From Chiloscyllium plagiosum (Eukaryota): a DNA stretch of 34,640 bases. The stretch is from NCBI RefSeq assembly GCF_004010195.1, contig NC_057719.1:77702373-77737012 (forward strand), read 5' to 3'. Numbering within the stretch: position 1 is the first letter of the stretch; each line of letters opens with the position of its first letter. The notes beneath the pieces are model-generated. The model ran no database searches. It had not been told where the DNA came from and was given only the letters and a program-made list of their open reading frames with translations. Positions 1 to 11,017 of this stretch are shown here, piece after piece. The position numbers were made by a program, and so were the translations under genes.

Positions 1-384
1 AAAGAAGTAACATTTAGTATGAAGTCATCCAAAAGGAAGAGGCATGACGCGAATTGCATATGCATTTTTAGGAATGAGCCAGTTCAACAGGAGCAAAAGA
101 AGTTGAAGTACGCAAATAATTTTTAAAGAAAACACTTGCACATTCTGCTTCTCATCTTGCTATTTTACCCTATCTCAAAATATTGCAACACACATCTACA
201 TACTCATACTCAATAACTGCACTCAAGACTTTCTTTCCTAATTGAAAACATAATTAACCACATCTGGATTTACAATTATCCACATGAAAAGTGGGTAACA
301 TATTGCATAACACTTGCAGGGATTTTGCGTTTACTCCTTGGAATATCTGTGCTTTGTTTGTCACAGGTGAGTTCAGTTGGAGCG

Positions 385-540
385 CTGGTTAACTCAGTTA
401 GCTGGATGACTAGTGAATTAATCAAATTAATTCCAAAAACTTGGATTTGATCCTTTTTCTGTCTGAGATAAACTCTGGGACTGCCTCCTTCCCCTAACTA
501 TGGTTAAAGAGCATGCTGCTTTATTGCTTTGTGGCTTGGC
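385..540 (+). mobile_element. Decayed tRNA-derived SINE fragment
   Basis: A-box-like TAACTCAGTTAG and a degenerate B-box-like GGATTTGATCC; the head resembles the SINE at 23216-23386. Confidence 0.4.
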
Positions 541-1092
541 AACAAAAATCTACTTTCATTTAGAGAACGAGAGGAGTGTTGTGAAGCAAAATATTTGGTG
601 AAGTTATATCAATAACTTCATTCTGTAAAAGGAACAGCTGGTCAGGGTTAGATAAATGTGTAATTGGACTTTGGTTTTGGACCATGCTTGGTCCAAATAT
701 GGACAAAAGAACTGACTTCCAAAGGGAGGCGAGAGTAACTGCCTTTAACATCAGGACAGCATTTGACAAAACAAAATTGGAGTTGATGGGAATTGGAGGG
801 GCAGTACAAGTGGTGGTGGTGGTGGGAGGGAGGGGGAAGGTGTTTTCTGCTAGTTGGTGCTGTAATCAGTGTAAAGGATGATGGTTGTTAAAGGTGAATC
901 AACACTCTCTCTCTCAAAGCATCATTGGTAATATTCCAAAGGATAGTATCCTCGACCCAACCATCTTCAGCTGCTGCATCAATTTCCTCCACTGTAAGAT
1001 TAGAAATGGGGATGTTCAATGACCTGCATCATTCTAACTTCAAATGTGATTAGTCTGTGTCCATATGCAACAAGACCTTGTCAACACTTGGT

Positions 1093-1437
1093 GGGCGGTA
1101 TGGTGGTTCAGTGGTTAGCACTGCTGTCTCACAGCACCAGGGACTCTGGTTGACTCCACTCTCAGGTTGCTGTCTGTGTGGAGATGCATTCTCCCAGTAT
1201 CTTCAAGCGTTTCCTCTGGATGCTCTAGTTTCCTCCCACAGTCTATGATATGCAGTTTAGGTAGCTGTGCTAAATTCCCATAGTATTCAGGAATGTGTTC
1301 AGGTTAGGTGAATTAGCCAGGCGAAATGCAGGGTTACAAGGATGGGGCAAAGGAATGGGCCTGGGTGAGATGCTCTTTGGAGGGTTGGATTCAATGGGCT
1401 GAATGGCTTGCTTCCACACTGAAGGGATTCAGTGATT
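1093..1437 (+). mobile_element. HE1-like V-SINE (older copy) nested in the LINE
   Basis: tRNA head GGTGGTTCAGTGGTTAGCACTGCTG, V-domain TGTCTGTGTGGAG...TTTCCTCCCACAGTC and CR1-type tail GGGCTGAATGGCTTGCTTCCACACTG; clearly homologous to 24307-24622. Confidence 0.85.
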
Positions 1438-1992
1438 AGGCTGATAATTGACAGGTAACATTTAAGCTATACAAGGAATGATCATCTCCAATTAGGAAAA
1501 ATATCTCTAACAGTGTCCCCTTTACATTCGATAGTCCTATCATAGTTGAATCTCCCACTATCAACATTACCACACACCAGAAACTGCACTGGACTAACTA
1601 TAATGAATACTATTGTGACAAGAGCAGTCAGAGGCTAGGAATCCTGTAGTGTGTGACTCTCGTACTATCTACAAGCACAAATAAGGAGGCTTGATGGGAT
1701 ACTCCTGACTTGTTCAGGTGAATCCAGCTCAAACAACACCCAAATAATCATTCTCTCCAAAACCAGTGCACAATGACCGTAATGTGTGTCATCTATGAGG
1801 TGCACTGCATTACTAACCAAAGCTCATTTGGTGCATTTCATTCTATGAACTCTACCACCGAGAAAGACAAGGGCAACCACTGCATGCAAATCACTTCACT
1901 TGCTACTTTGACTGCTGGCTACTGACCTTCCAGACTTTGAATTATTACTGTTATTTCAATGTTGCTGGGTCAAATTCCTGAAACTCTTTCTT

Positions 1993-2012
1993 CCCCCCCC
2001 CCCCCCCCCCCC
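1993..2012. repeat. Poly(C) tract, C20
   Basis: 20 consecutive C residues inside the LINE 3' region. Confidence 0.95.
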
Positions 2013-2421
2013 ACCACCCATTTAAAAAAAACTGCATTGTAGGTATCTTGCACCACAAGGACTATAGGTTCATAAAGCAGCTAACCAAGATTTCTGAGGG
2101 CAAATGGGGGTGGGAAATAAATTCTGGTTTAGCCACTGGTGCCCACAACTCATGACAATTTAAAAAAAATGTTCTATTGTATGCTGTAATCAAAACTTTA
2201 ACCTGTGTGAAAGGGATGCAACAGTAGTGAAGCAATCTAAAATGCTGCAATATTTAACTGCTATACAGCTTTGAGACTTCAGACTGTGATAGTATTGTTG
2301 AAGTAAAAGTAAACTACAGATGTTGGTACTGTTTTTGAAGAAGAATGTTTGAGAATATTGTTCAAATAATAGCATTTGAACTGAATCTACGAGCTTGTAT
2401 TGAGATATCTTAAAGTACTTT

Positions 2422-2788
2422 CAAAGTTTGTGAGAAGATTTGTAGCTCGGGTGCTCGTTGCTGTGGTTCTGTTCGCCGAGGTGGAAGTTTTCGTCCCCTG
2501 TCTAGGTGACATCCTCAGTGCTTGGGAGCCTCCTGTGAAGCGCTTCTGTGGTGTTTCCTCCGGCATTTATAGTGGCCTGTCCCTGCCGCTTCCGGTTGTC
2601 AGTTTCAGCTGTCCACTGTAGCAGCTGAAACTGACAACCGGAAGCGGCAGGGACAGGCCATTATAAATGCCGGAGGAAACACCACAAAAGCGCTTCACAG
2701 GAGGCTCCCAAGTGCTGAGGATGTCACCTAGACAGGGGACGAAACGTTTGCAACAAAAACTTCCAGCTCGGCGAACAGAACCACAGCA
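2422..2788. mobile_element. Penelope-like element fold-back insertion (family A) with 12-bp TSD
   Basis: Inverted arms at 2459-2611 and 2622-2788 with a 10-nt spacer; direct repeat TTAAAGTACTTT at 2410-2421 and 2789-2800; hammerhead core in the arms; CpG-rich, hence young. Confidence 0.85.
2715..2749 (+). ncRNA. Minimal PLE-type hammerhead ribozyme core
   Basis: CTGAGGA-T-GTC(A)CCT-agac-AGG(G)GAC-GAAACGTT: both conserved core boxes, a helix II and a palindromic ACGT helix III. Confidence 0.65.
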
Positions 2789-4109
2789 TTAAAGTACTTT
2801 ATTGTAAATAAGTATGAAGCTGCTTCATAAAGCCATAGACAAAATTTTGCAATGATTCAGCCTCTTATCTTGATACCCACTCAAATCAAACCAACACATT
2901 TTAACCCGTAATTAATTTTATAAGTAGCTATGAGTGCTCCTGAAAACAAAATGCCATGGGGTCTTTATCTGCCTACATGGTTATTTTCCAACGTGTTTTG
3001 AAATCCAAATGCCCTCCCCTTTTGGAGTCTAGGACACCAGTGAAGGTACACTGACAGTGCATTAGTTCTAGCTTGCTAAATCCGATAGCAAACTTCTACA
3101 TGGACACAAAAGCCAAGTATAATGAGTTTCTGGGTAGCTAAGAGCCGAATTCAGCAGCACAAATACAAACAGCAGGTGACTCACTGTCATGTACCAAGAA
3201 TCAGCATGGCTCAGTTTTGATTATTTTGATGCTTTTGATTCAACTCTTGGACCTAATTAAAATTGAAAATTCTGCCAAAAGAAAATTTTTTCTTTGCTAT
3301 GTGTAACATAGGATCTCACTGTCTGTTCTGTTGGCTTTTGCTAGGGAAGCTTAAAAATCCAAACTTTAAAAAGGAACTTTGAGGCCTGCTAGTTTGCATG
3401 AGAAGGCCCTACTTCAGTCGTCAATTTGTGTTGTTAGGTGTGCATGATAAATTGCTACATAATTAACAATTTGCCTTGCATTGTAATTCCTTTTGTGAAT
3501 AAATGTTAATGTCTTTGTTATTTGCATTTCAACTTCATGTGTGAACCCAGGCTGTTACAATACAGTTTGTTCATTAAAATCCTGAAAGAGAAAAGTACAC
3601 TTTAAGTTCTGTTCCTATCTCTGATTAGATTATTGTTCAGTCTCTTTTTTTGCCCTGTTTACTATTTTGCCTTCTCATTTCCTTCTCTTGTTAATTGGGA
3701 ATCACCTAAAGCCTGCTTTCACTGATTCATTTCTGAACAAATGTATTCCAAGTTACTACTTGTGCATTCCAACTAAAATTCCACGCTTCATGTTTCAAAT
3801 CCACTTGATTACAGATATCTATATGAAATTCAGCATTTCTCTAACAATTGCTTTTTCCAGTTCGAGAGCTGTGCGTGCTGCATGAGCTGCCACATGCATG
3901 CACTCAATCTTTCCTCTTCTGAAACGCTGACTCACCGTCTCAAAGCTGTTCTGATCCACAGCTCCATTCATCTTTTGCCTCAATCATAAGAAGAAAAGTT
4001 CTTATTTATTCAGGAGTCAAGATTACATCATCTTCTTATATATGTTTGGTCCAACTCTCTACCTGTTGGGGTAAGGGATGTTGATAATGGTACTGCTGTT
4101 ATTCTTCCT

Positions 4110-4380
4110 CTAAACCTATCTCTGTTTATTTATTTGGTCATTTATTACCCCCTTTTTCCTTGTGCTATAATTTCTCTTTTACCTATCTCACTTTTCACTC
4201 CTCCTTTCACATTCAGATGTTCTATCAAAGACTTTCCCTGTACTTCCTCTGAATCCGCACTTAGAACTAGAAGGTGTTCACGGTGACAGGCTTTAAGGAA
4301 AGGTTAGTATTGCCTTGAAACTTTTACTGTTCCTCTTTCCAATGTTCTGACTGTTTCCATTATTTTCTGTTTTATTGCTG
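4110..4380 (+). mobile_element. Highly decayed PLE 3' UTR/pLTR fragment
   Basis: Pyrimidine-rich tract followed by TTGAAACTTTTACTGTTCCTCTTTCCA...TTTCCATTATTTTCTGTTTTATT, similar to the 8230-8350 repeat. Confidence 0.35.
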
Positions 4381-4554
4381 TGTCTTGTGTTCAAGAGCAT
4401 ATTTTGATGATTCTTCAATGTGTTAAGACTTTGCAGCCCTGCTTTCTAATTGGATGACCTATTGAGAAGTGAGAAATTTGTTGCATTGATCCCAAGGACT
4501 AAATGAATAAATACTTGTAAACAAAAAAAGTAAACAAAAATCCAGATCAATTTA

Positions 4555-5419
4555 CCGTATGTACTTATGTAAACGTCAAATTTTTTAGACTATTTTTAAA
4601 GGTTCAATTTATAGGGTCGACTATTACACGGGCACTAGTTTTGAGGGGCTGAAATTCGTGCATCGCTCAACTGATCCCAGTAAAGAAGAGCGCAATGAAT
4701 TACGGTAAAGGTAATTACCAGATAAAAGCAAGAGAAACAAGAATGATTTACTGGTAGTAAATTTTATTTATACATACCCCTGTACAAAAATTTAATCTGT
4801 TAAAGATTCATTGAAATCCTACAAGATCGCACTGTTCAACATCGTCATGGCCTGGTATAATGGCACGCTTAAAATGAAACATTTATTAAATTCTGAATGT
4901 GTAAGCGTCTTGAACTTTACTGTCAAATTCTTCCACTTCCCTCCCATGTACACTCGTATATAATGAACCTCAGCAACATTAACAATTTTGTCAAAGAATT
5001 AAAGATATTTGTAGCTAATATATTTTACTTTTATTCGGATATAATGGCACAGTTAAAATGATTAACTTTTTAACAATATTAACTTTTGGATGTATAGTGA
5101 GCAAAGTGCGGTAAGTACCAATGGACTTAGTACCAGTCTGAATAAATGAATGAATGAATGAATCAAAATGTGCTCTGGTAAATGGTGGGCTGAATAGACA
5201 TGCAATATAGTAAACAGAGCAATGAGTTGAGTTACTGGTATGAATGAATGCGACTTCGTTTGAGTGGGTTAATGGGAACATGCAGTTTCCTTTTGTCAGA
5301 GGTTTATAATGCGATATAGTAGGGTCGACCTTTACATGTAATATATGGAAAATACAAGATTGTTTTGAACAAAAGTAAGGGGTTGACTTTTACATTGACT
5401 TTTACACGAGTTTATATGG
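4555..5419. mobile_element. Non-autonomous Tc1/mariner superfamily (Tc2/pogo-like) DNA transposon
   Basis: Imperfect TIRs CCGTATGTACTTATGTAAACGTCAA and TTGACTTTTACACGAGTTTATATGG, TA on both sides (4553-4554, 5420-5421), and repeated subterminal AGGGTCGAC motifs (~4613, ~5320). Confidence 0.8.
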
Positions 5420-5982
5420 TACTTCTTTAACAACAGAATTGTTTTTTTGTTTCTGTTGCAATGTGCAGTCCATTTGGATTTTATATTTTACACCTCAGTA
5501 TAAAATTAGTTATTATGCAAAAGAAAAGTTGCCCAGAGCCTCCCATAGTCATGACAAGTAAAGGAATTTTGGCCTCACAAGTGAAGTTGAAATTGTTGAG
5601 ATATTTTCGGGTAATTCATGACTTGGTTTATTTTCTAGTTTGAGTGTGCAAATTTGACAACTTGGTAGGCTTGAAGCTCTTCAATTTTAACTTTAAGCTG
5701 GTTGCTTCAGGCTGTCAATCCCAAGCTTGTCTGACAGAAGTTTTCCTCATTACAGCATGTTGTTGTTTTCAGCCTGACTCAGCTTTCGATTCGGAAGCTT
5801 GTTCATGGTCTACCAATAAATGTTTTCTTTTGACTGTCTATCTTCACTTGATATGGTATTTACATGTTCTAGCCATTTTAATAAAGCCATAAATGTAATT
5901 TAAAGACCCTCCCTTTTACTAGTCATGGCAACAAAACTCTGGGTTCCTTCGCTACCTATTCCTGTTTGCTAGCTACCATTTT

Positions 5983-6240
5983 AGTCGCAAGTGTGGTGCT
6001 TGAAAAGCACAATAGGTTAGATAGCATCAGAGGACCAGGAGAATCTATGTTTTGGGCAAAAGCCCTTCATCAGGAATTGTTTTTGGTTTCTGTTGAGATG
6101 TTCAGTCGATTCCTGATGAAGGACTTTTGTCCGAAACGTTGATTCTCCCGCTCTTCGGATGCTGCCTGACCTTCTGTGCTTTTCTAGCAGCACACTCTCG
6201 ACTTTGATCTCTAGCATCTGCAGTCTTCACTTTCTCCTAG
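5983..6240. mobile_element. PLE pLTR fold-back (family B): minus arm 5983-6076, 32-nt spacer, plus arm 6109-6240
   Basis: GAAAAGCACA...GCCCTTCATCAGGAAT versus ATTCCTGATGAAGG...TGTGCTTTTC; ends in CTGCAGTCTTCACTTTCTCCTAG. No clean TSD was seen. Confidence 0.8.
6113..6140 (+). ncRNA. Minimal PLE-type hammerhead ribozyme core
   Basis: CTGATGA-A-GGAC-TTTT-GTCC-GAAACGTT; core intact and helix II perfectly paired. Confidence 0.7.
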
Positions 6241-6537
6241 CAAAGCTAAATTGTATCAGTTGAGATGTATAATTCTTCCTAGAGGTAATATTTAAGTATT
6301 GTATTAACTTGTCTGTGAAGCTTTGTACTGTAATGGTGGCTGATGCGATTTTTCTTTTTTTCTCCTTCCTCCACCCACCAGTGTTTGAAGTTTGATGTGT
6401 CACTGTTTATAGGATGCAACTCCTTTTAGATGGGATGTTGATGGCTGCTTAATTTAGACTTGGAGCATTGTTATGTGTAGGAACCATCAATCTTCCAGAA
6501 CAATGGTGCTTACTAAGAAGATGGCACTTTTTTTTTG

Positions 6538-7436
6538 TATCAATTTGTGAGGGGTGGATCTTGCCTTACAAGTCTTATTGAATTCTTTGAGGAGGTGACC
6601 AAGCATGTGGATGAGATTAGAGCAGTGGATGTAGTGTACATGGATTTTAGTAAGGCATTTGATAAGGTTCCGCATAAGGTTTATGCGGAAAGTCACGGGG
6701 CATGGGATAGAGGGAGATTTGGCCAGTTGGATAGAGAACTGGCTAACCGGTCAAAGTCAGAGTGGCGGTGAATGGTAAATATTCAGCCTGGAGCCCAGTT
6801 ACAAGTGGAGTTCCGCAGGGATCAGTTCTGGGTCCTCTGCTGTTTTGTAATTTTCATTAATGACTTGGAAGAGGGAGTCGAAGGGTGGTCAGTAAATTTG
6901 CAGATGATACGAAGATTGGTGGCATTGTGGATAGTGAGGAGGGCTGTTGTCGGCTGCAAAGGGACTTCGGTATGATGCAGAGCTGGGCTGAGGGGTGGCA
7001 GATGGAGTTCAACCCTGTCAAGTGTGAGGTTGTCCATTTTGGAAGGACAGATAAGAATGCAGAATACAGGGTTAACGGTAGGGTTCTTAGTGAGGTGGAG
7101 AAACAGAGGGATCTTGGGGTCTATTTTCATAGATCTTTGAAAGTTGCCACTCAGGTGGATAGAGCTTGTAAGAAGGCCTATGGTGTATTAGCGTTCATTA
7201 GCAGAGGGATTGAATTCAAGAGGCGTGAAGTGATGTTGCAACTGTACAGGACCTTGGTGTGGTGGGGGCATGGAATGCGCTGCCTGTGGGAGTGGCAGAG
7301 TCAGAATCATTGGTGACCTTTAAGCGGCAATTGGATAGGTACATGGATCGGTGCTTAAGCTAGGACAAATGTTCGGCACAACATCGTGGGCCGAAGGGCC
7401 TGTTCTGTGCTGTGTTGTTCTATGTTCTATGGTCTA
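6538..7436 (+). mobile_element. CR1 (HER1-like) LINE, 5'-truncated, internally deleted at ~7258
   Basis: ORF remnants SCLTSLIEFFEEVTK, VDVVYMDFSKAFDKVPH, VSKFADDTKIGG, WQMEFNPVKCEVVHFG, QRDLGV; 3' tail GGGCCGAAGGGCCTGTTCTGTGCTG...(TTCTATG)n. Confidence 0.95.
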
Positions 7437-7499
7437 ATGCACTATTGGGTGACAGTCTGATTCTGAGTGCTGAGATATTTATAGTATTTTGTTACTTTG

Positions 7500-7830
7500 T
7501 CTGAGCCTCCTTTTTCTTTCCCCAAGTCTAAAAGTATAGGGGTAATCTGATAAAAGATGTTAAAGATATTAAATAGATTAGATAGGAGGTACAGAAAATA
7601 TCTTGAAGGTTTAGGGTCATGAATGAGGAAAAGTAATCTTGCACTTGAGAAGCCAAGCAGAAGGAAAATTGGGAAGTGTGAGCAGGCTAGCACAAAAATC
7701 GAATTCATCACACTAAAAGGGGATACCCAGATAATTAGAGATTTCAAGATTAAGCTGGGTTAATCATCTTGTTAAGGACAACTTTTTCCTCTCTGGAGTT
7801 GTGGGTCCTATGGTCTCTTAAACAGAACAA
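7500..7830 (+). mobile_element. Old CR1 3'-end fragment
   Basis: GGGGTAATCTGATAAAAGATGTTAAAGATATTAAATAGATTAGATAGG resembles the RGDLIEVYKI..G.DR CR1 C-terminal coding motif. Confidence 0.45.
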
Positions 7831-7839
7831 TGCTGAATC

Positions 7840-8995
7840 TGCAGTCCCTTCACAGGTGGGGCACGTAGTGTTTGAAGAGACAAATTGGTGGCTTGCTCAG
7901 GTTTTTGCCCATTCCTTCCAGTTGTGCTTGGCCTCCACCTAGCCTTATTGCTCCAAGTTCATTGGTACCTGTAGTGGACTTTGGGTGGTCTTGCGTAAGG
8001 CATTCATCTGAATTGGTAGGGATATTGTATTTTTCATTGGAAGCTTTGAGGACATTCTCGAAATTGTTTTCTCTGCCCTACTGCTAATGGCTTACTGTGA
8101 GAGAGCTCAAAGTAAAGGGCCTAATTTGGAAGTCTGCATGATAGGGCCTTTGTAAAACAGATGATTGACAGTAACCATTGTATCAGTGCTGTGGATGTTA
8201 GGCTGAGAGAGACAATGGACTTTGGAGCTAAATGAGGTGTTTTGAGGAAGGGTCACTGGGCCCAAAATGTTACTCTGATTTCTCTCCACCGATGCAGCCA
8301 GACCTGCAGAGTATTTCCAGAAATTTCTGTTTTTATTACTGATTTTGGAGCACCTGTCCTGCTATTGGATTTTCGGGATTTTGAGGAAGCATCATTGGTG
8401 ATGCTTTTCTCAGGAATTGAAATGTCTGCTGTACATTCTGTGTCTTTGCTTAGAGAATGGCAGGCATGTCCTGTAGACCATGAGCTTGCTTTAGAGTTTG
8501 AGGTCTTGGTCCCTCAAGTACCCTTTCTCGAGGCTAAAGGCTGACTGGCACAATTTGAGCGATAGTGAACTTTATCTGCTGATGTCTACCTTACACAAAG
8601 GAAACTCCCGAGGTATGAAAATTTATCCACATTATCCAGTGGCTTACTGTAGATCTTGTTGGTCCAGTTGGGGGCTTGTAGTTCTGGTTGCTTGGCACAT
8701 TGGTCTAGACTGAACTTCAGAATCTACACTCATCATGGGTGAGTTGTTGGATTTTCTGCACTCCTTCCACCACCATCTATTCTTTAAGCTATGGATTTTT
8801 GTTGGAGCTTGGTCTTCATTTATCTGTAGACCTGCTTTCTTTCCATCAAATCTTGGTAGTTTTTCCAGTTCAGAAACTCCTTGCCTGTGAGTTAATCATT
8901 CCTTCATCTTCAGGCCACTCTGATCAAATCAGTCTTATTTGCTGTGTAGAAAAGCTTAATATCTTCTCCGAGGTACTCTTTATGATGGATTATTG
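7840..8995 (-). mobile_element. Decayed RTE-clade LINE, interrupted by a PLE fragment
   Basis: The reverse strand reads LDNVDKFSYLGS (~8605-8640), KLMVYR (~8473-8490) and a CPTC-like terminal motif (GTGCCCCACCTG, ~7853-7864); homologous to 27135-27670. Confidence 0.7.
8230..8350 (+). mobile_element. PLE pLTR fragment (family C) with degenerate hammerhead
   Basis: TTGAGGAAGGGTCACTGGGCCCAAAATGTT (decayed CTGANGA...GAAACGTT) followed by GATGCAGCCAGACCTGCAGAGTATTTCCAG. Confidence 0.6.
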
Positions 8996-9269
8996 AGGGA
9001 TATGGCACGTATAGATATGGAGTCGTGGATTGTGTAGGTTCTTTTATTTCTAATTGAATGGCTGAGCTGAATGGGCTACTGTTAATATACGCACCATTCC
9101 CTGAATTCTAAGCTTAACGATACAAACTTTTGATGTGTCCAAATTGTATTCTTTATTTTACTTGTCGTAATTCTTGCTGATGTTTGCAGTTACAGTGTTA
9201 GATGCTTCTTTAGAAAGTTAGAAGAAACGAGATAATGAGGCTGCAGGTGACTGAGTCCTATGGGTAGAT

Positions 9270-10700
9270 GTTGGAAGACTGGAGGGGGCTAATACGCCAT
9301 TGTTTAAGAAAGGCAGAAAAGAAAATCCAGGGAACTATAGATCAGTGAGTGTGATCGTGGTGTCAGTTGTCGGAGGGGATTCTGAGGGACAGAATTTGCA
9401 TGCATTTGGAAAGATGGGGACTGATTAGGGATAGTCAGTATGGCTTTGTGCATGGGAAATAATGTCTCTCAAATTTGATTGAGTTTTTTGAAGAGATTAT
9501 CAAGAAGATTGAGGAAGGCAGAGAGGTAGACATTGTCTACATGGACTTAAGCAAGGCTTTTTACAAGGTTCTGTATGGTACACTGGTTAGTAAGATTAGA
9601 TCACATGAGATCCAGAGGAAGCTAGCCAGTTGGATACAAAATTGGCTTGGTAGAAGACAGGGTGGTGGTGGAGGCTTGTTATTCATCTTGGAGGACTGTG
9701 ACCACGGTGTGCTGAAAAGATTGATTCTAGGTCCACTGTTGTTCCACATTGATATCAACAATGTGGATGAGAATATAGTGGGTATGGTTGGTAAGTTTGG
9801 GGATGACCCAAAAATAGGTGGTATAGTGGACAGTGAAGGTTATCTCAGAATACAATGAAATCTTGATCAGATGGGCCAATAGATCGAGAAGTGGCAGATG
9901 GCATTTAATTTAGATAAATGTGAGATATTGCATTTTGGTAAGGCAAATCAGGACAGGGCTTATACACCTAATGGTAAGTTCATGGGGAGTGTTTCCAAAC
10001 AAAGAACCTTTGGGAGCACATTCATAGTTCCTTGAAAGTGGTATTGTAGGTAGATGGTGAAGAAGGCAGTTAGTACGTTTGCCTTCATTGGGCAGAGCAT
10101 TGATTGTAGGTGTTGAGACATTGTTGCAGCTGTACAAGTCATTGGTGTTGCCACTTTTAGAATACTCTGTACAATTCTTGTTGCCCTGCTTATAAGAAGG
10201 ATGTTCTTAAACTAGAAAGGGCACTGAAAAAATTGACCAGGATGTTGCTGGGACTGGAGAGTTTGAGTTATAAGAGGAGACTGAATAGGCTGGGATTTGT
10301 TTCTCCAGAGCTTTGGAGGCTGACAGGTGACCTTTATAGAGGTTTATAAAAATCATGAGGGACATAGATAAGGTGAATAGCCAAGTCTCTTTCCCAGAGT
10401 GGGGGAGTCCAAAACTAGAAGCCATAGGGTTAAGGTGAGAGGGGAAAAATTTAAAAGGAACCCGAGGGACAATTTTTTCATGCAAAGGATGGTGTGTGTA
10501 TGGAATGATCTGCCAGAGGAAGTAGTAGAGGCGTGTCCAGTTAGATCTAAAAGATGTTTAGACAGGTACGTGAATGGGAACGTTTTAGAGAAAGATTTGG
10601 GCTAAATGCAGGCAGATGGGATGAGGTCAGTTTACGATACCTGGTTGACACGGACGAGTTGTACCAAAGGGTCTGCTTCCATACTGTGTGACACTGAGTG
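9270..10700 (+). mobile_element. CR1 (HER1-like) LINE, RT through 3' tail, with frameshifts and stops
   Basis: PLFKKG..ENPGNYR, IEFFEE, VDIVYMDLSKAF, LILGPLLF, KFGDDPKIGG, ESKTRSHRVKVRG..VWNDLPEEVVEA; tail AAGGGTCTGCTTCCATACTGT. Confidence 0.95.
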
Positions 10701-10847
10701 TATGTGTATTGGGAAATCTTAATGCTGCCTAATAATCAGAAATGGGATTTTTTAATAGCAACAGGTATTAAGTGCTATTGGTGCAAATATGCAGTCTTAC
10801 GGCAATGCACAAAAACTTGGTTTAATAAGGGTTTTAAGTTGAGAGTG

Positions 10848-11017
10848 TGTTGCTGGAAAAGCACAGCAGGTCAGGCAGCATCTGAGGAGCAGGAAAATCG
10901 ACGCTTCAGGCCAAAGCCCTTCATTATTCCTGAAGAAGGGCTCCGGCCCGAAATATTGAGTTTCCTGCTCCTCGGATGCTGCCTGACCTGTTGTGCTTTT
11001 CCAGCAACACACCCTCA
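10848..11017. mobile_element. PLE pLTR fold-back (family B), secondary copy of 11818-11997
   Basis: Near-perfect palindrome centred at ~10925 that shares the junction TTCATTATTCCTGAAG and the upstream flank with the 11818 copy. Confidence 0.85.

Larger units (their letters stand above)
670..2169 (+). mobile_element. Decayed non-LTR LINE (CR1/L2-group RT plus 3' tail), interrupted by an HE1-like SINE
   Basis: Remnant RT motifs EARVTAFNIRTAFD (ALDIKAAFD-like), a PKDSILDP ([12 protein letters not shown]) stretch, QQDL and ESPTINI; 3' end GGGAAATAAATTCTGG...poly(A) at ~2160. The same family occurs at 11345-11720 and 29685-30312. Confidence 0.7.

Noticed and set aside
2422..2788. MITE or DNA transposon interpretation of the long inverted repeat
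   Set aside because: The arms are asymmetric (37 extra bp on one side), the TSD is long and a hammerhead core is present, all of which fit a PLE inversion better.
3513..3527. Sox-Oct composite motif CTTTGTT-ATTTGCAT
   Set aside because: The octamer is reversed relative to the canonical composite, and a single short motif in AT-rich DNA is not sufficient evidence.
6885..7316. 143-aa RT-like ORF and similar ORFs (9475, 12426, 31491-32407) as host or functional genes
   Set aside because: They are frameshifted, truncated CR1 ORF2 fragments with CR1 3' tails.
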